From Cladosporium halotolerans (lineage: Eukaryota), in NCBI RefSeq assembly GCF_011745625.1, contig NW_027191460.1, positions 62,001 to 126,000 on the forward strand: DNA of 64,000 nt, written 5' to 3'. The translations under genes were made by a program, and so were the position numbers. Under the pieces are notes generated by a model. It searched no databases. It had not been told where the DNA came from and was given only the letters and a program-made list of their open reading frames with translations. Of the stretch, positions 62,659 through 64,000 are shown one piece after another; the first letter of the stretch is position 1; each line of letters opens with the position of its first letter.

Positions 62659-63909
62659 ATGTCAATGTCGGCCTTGACATCTTCGCCCTCGCCCGTAGCC
62701 TCGCCGCGCGCCTCGACCTTCCACTACCCGCCCGCTCGCTCGCGCGGCTCGTCCTTTGCACCCTCGCCCAAGAACCCCGTTCCCTCCAAGCCGTCGCCGC
62801 GTTTGGCCGCAGTCTCCTCGCCGCGCCAGCGTGCCGCCAATGCGCGTCCGTCGCCCTCACTGCCACAGCACTCTCACGCCAGGCACTCGCGGGACCACTG
62901 CTGCGAGAGCGGACATCAGAGGCAGAGTAGGCCGCGCTACGCGGATGCAGGCACCCAGTACAGCCCGGACGGCTATCCCCCAACCGCCGGGAACAAGCTG
63001 GCAGCGCCGGAACTGAAAGATCCAGAGCTGGCGGGTGGCAGAAAGAGAAAGGAGGGTGCCCGGTCGAGATCTCCACAAATGAGCCCCTCTGCGAAGCCGG
63101 GCACCTCTGCCACCACTGACCCTGCCGAGCCGCCTGTGCGAATCGATCCAAACGATCCTCGAGCACAGCAGCAGGGACTAAAAGGAGGTCGTGGGGGCAA
63201 AAACTTGCCAGAAAGACCGGCGGGACAGCAGGCAGATCCAGAGGAAGCGCGGTCAACCCATGGACACTCGTCTGCCCCGAAGAGGCCGAGGGCAGAATCA
63301 AAAGCAGCCAAGACAATGCCGCGAGCATATGAGTCTTGCAATCCTAAAGATTTAGGTGTGCTCATCGCGAACATGCTCATGGAACTCATACGCCTGAACG
63401 ACCAAATACCGCTGCGAGACGGGCGGCTGACAAGATTTCATTCACGCGCGCCGCCAGGCATTAGCGTGGCCGACTATCTCCAGCGTCTTATTCAGCACGC
63501 AACTCTCTCGCCTCCGATACTACTCAGCATGGTGTATTACATCGACCGGCTATGCGCGCTCTACCCGGCATTCACAATTAACAGTCTGACGGTCCACCGT
63601 TTCCTGATCACCGCGGTGACAGTGGCTGCGAAGGGTCTGAGCGATAGTTTCTGGACGAACCCGACGTACGCCCGCATAGGCGGCATCCCGGTTTCCGAAC
63701 TCGCGACATTGGAGCTAGAATTCCTGCAAAAAGTACAGTGGAAAATCGTCCCGAAGCCAGAGTCCCTGGTGGACTACTACAACAGCCTCGTCGACCGGAC
63801 GGAAGGCTTTCAGCTAGAGCCCAGATCGGGCGAGAGCAGCTCGAGCAGCAGCATGATGGAAGACGCGAGCGACCGAGAAGACGACCGCATGAATCAGGAC
63901 CCTACATGA
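62659..63909 (+). CDS. PHO80: Pho85-associated cyclin, Pho80/PREG family
   Basis: LTRFHSRAPPGISVADYLQR, YYIDRL, LTVHRFLI, AAKGLSDSFWTNPTYARIGG and LELEFL, preceded by a long Ser/Pro-rich N-terminus. Confidence 0.88.
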   Translation: MSMSALTSSPSPVASPRASTFHYPPARSRGSSFAPSPKNPVPSKPSPRLAAVSSPRQRAANARPSPSLPQHSHARHSRDHCCESGHQRQSRPRYADAGTQYSPDGYPPTAGNKLAAPELKDPELAGGRKRKEGARSRSPQMSPSAKPGTSATTDPAEPPVRIDPNDPRAQQQGLKGGRGGKNLPERPAGQQADPEEARSTHGHSSAPKRPRAESKAAKTMPRAYESCNPKDLGVLIANMLMELIRLNDQIPLRDGRLTRFHSRAPPGISVADYLQRLIQHATLSPPILLSMVYYIDRLCALYPAFTINSLTVHRFLITAVTVAAKGLSDSFWTNPTYARIGGIPVSELATLELEFLQKVQWKIVPKPESLVDYYNSLVDRTEGFQLEPRSGESSSSSSMMEDASDREDDRMNQDPT

Positions 63910-64000
63910 ACGTATTCGTTTTTCTCCCCCAGACAAAAAGCCGTCTTATCTGTCCTGCGTGCAACCAATGCACGCGCTCTGCTCGCACCAGATGCGTTTT

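Overview
Gene-dense, intron-containing DNA from a filamentous ascomycete; the short GT-AG introns with CTRAC branch points and the gene set suggest a Dothideomycete-like fungus (inference). About 25 protein-coding genes are present. Most are conserved housekeeping genes: PMP47-type peroxisomal carrier, Zn2Cys6 transcription factor, DUF2985-type membrane protein, pectin lyase, GPI protein, Mge1/GrpE, EDC4/Pdc1, ERD2, Hda1/Clr3, Mid1, peroxisomal acyl-CoA synthetase, Met17, Trs130, Qcr10, Tad3, Orc5, a PIF1-family helicase, Nha1, ARMC8/Vid28 and a Pho80/PREG cyclin. No rRNA, tRNA, CRISPR or intact transposon was recognised. The most notable items are: (i) an 88-codon in-frame extension with coding-like codon usage directly behind the TAG stop of ARMC8/Vid28, a candidate for readthrough or stop-loss editing; (ii) an accessory island at about 8.6-12.1 kb holding a spliced 189-aa orphan gene the ORF track misses, flanked by two apparently inverted degenerate repeat arrays, a 19-bp minisatellite and a duplicated bZIP-site module; (iii) a +1 frameshift in the Zn2Cys6 factor; and (iv) a RIP-like TpA-rich patch on the HDA1 promoter. 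All gene models and alignments were made by eye without database searches.
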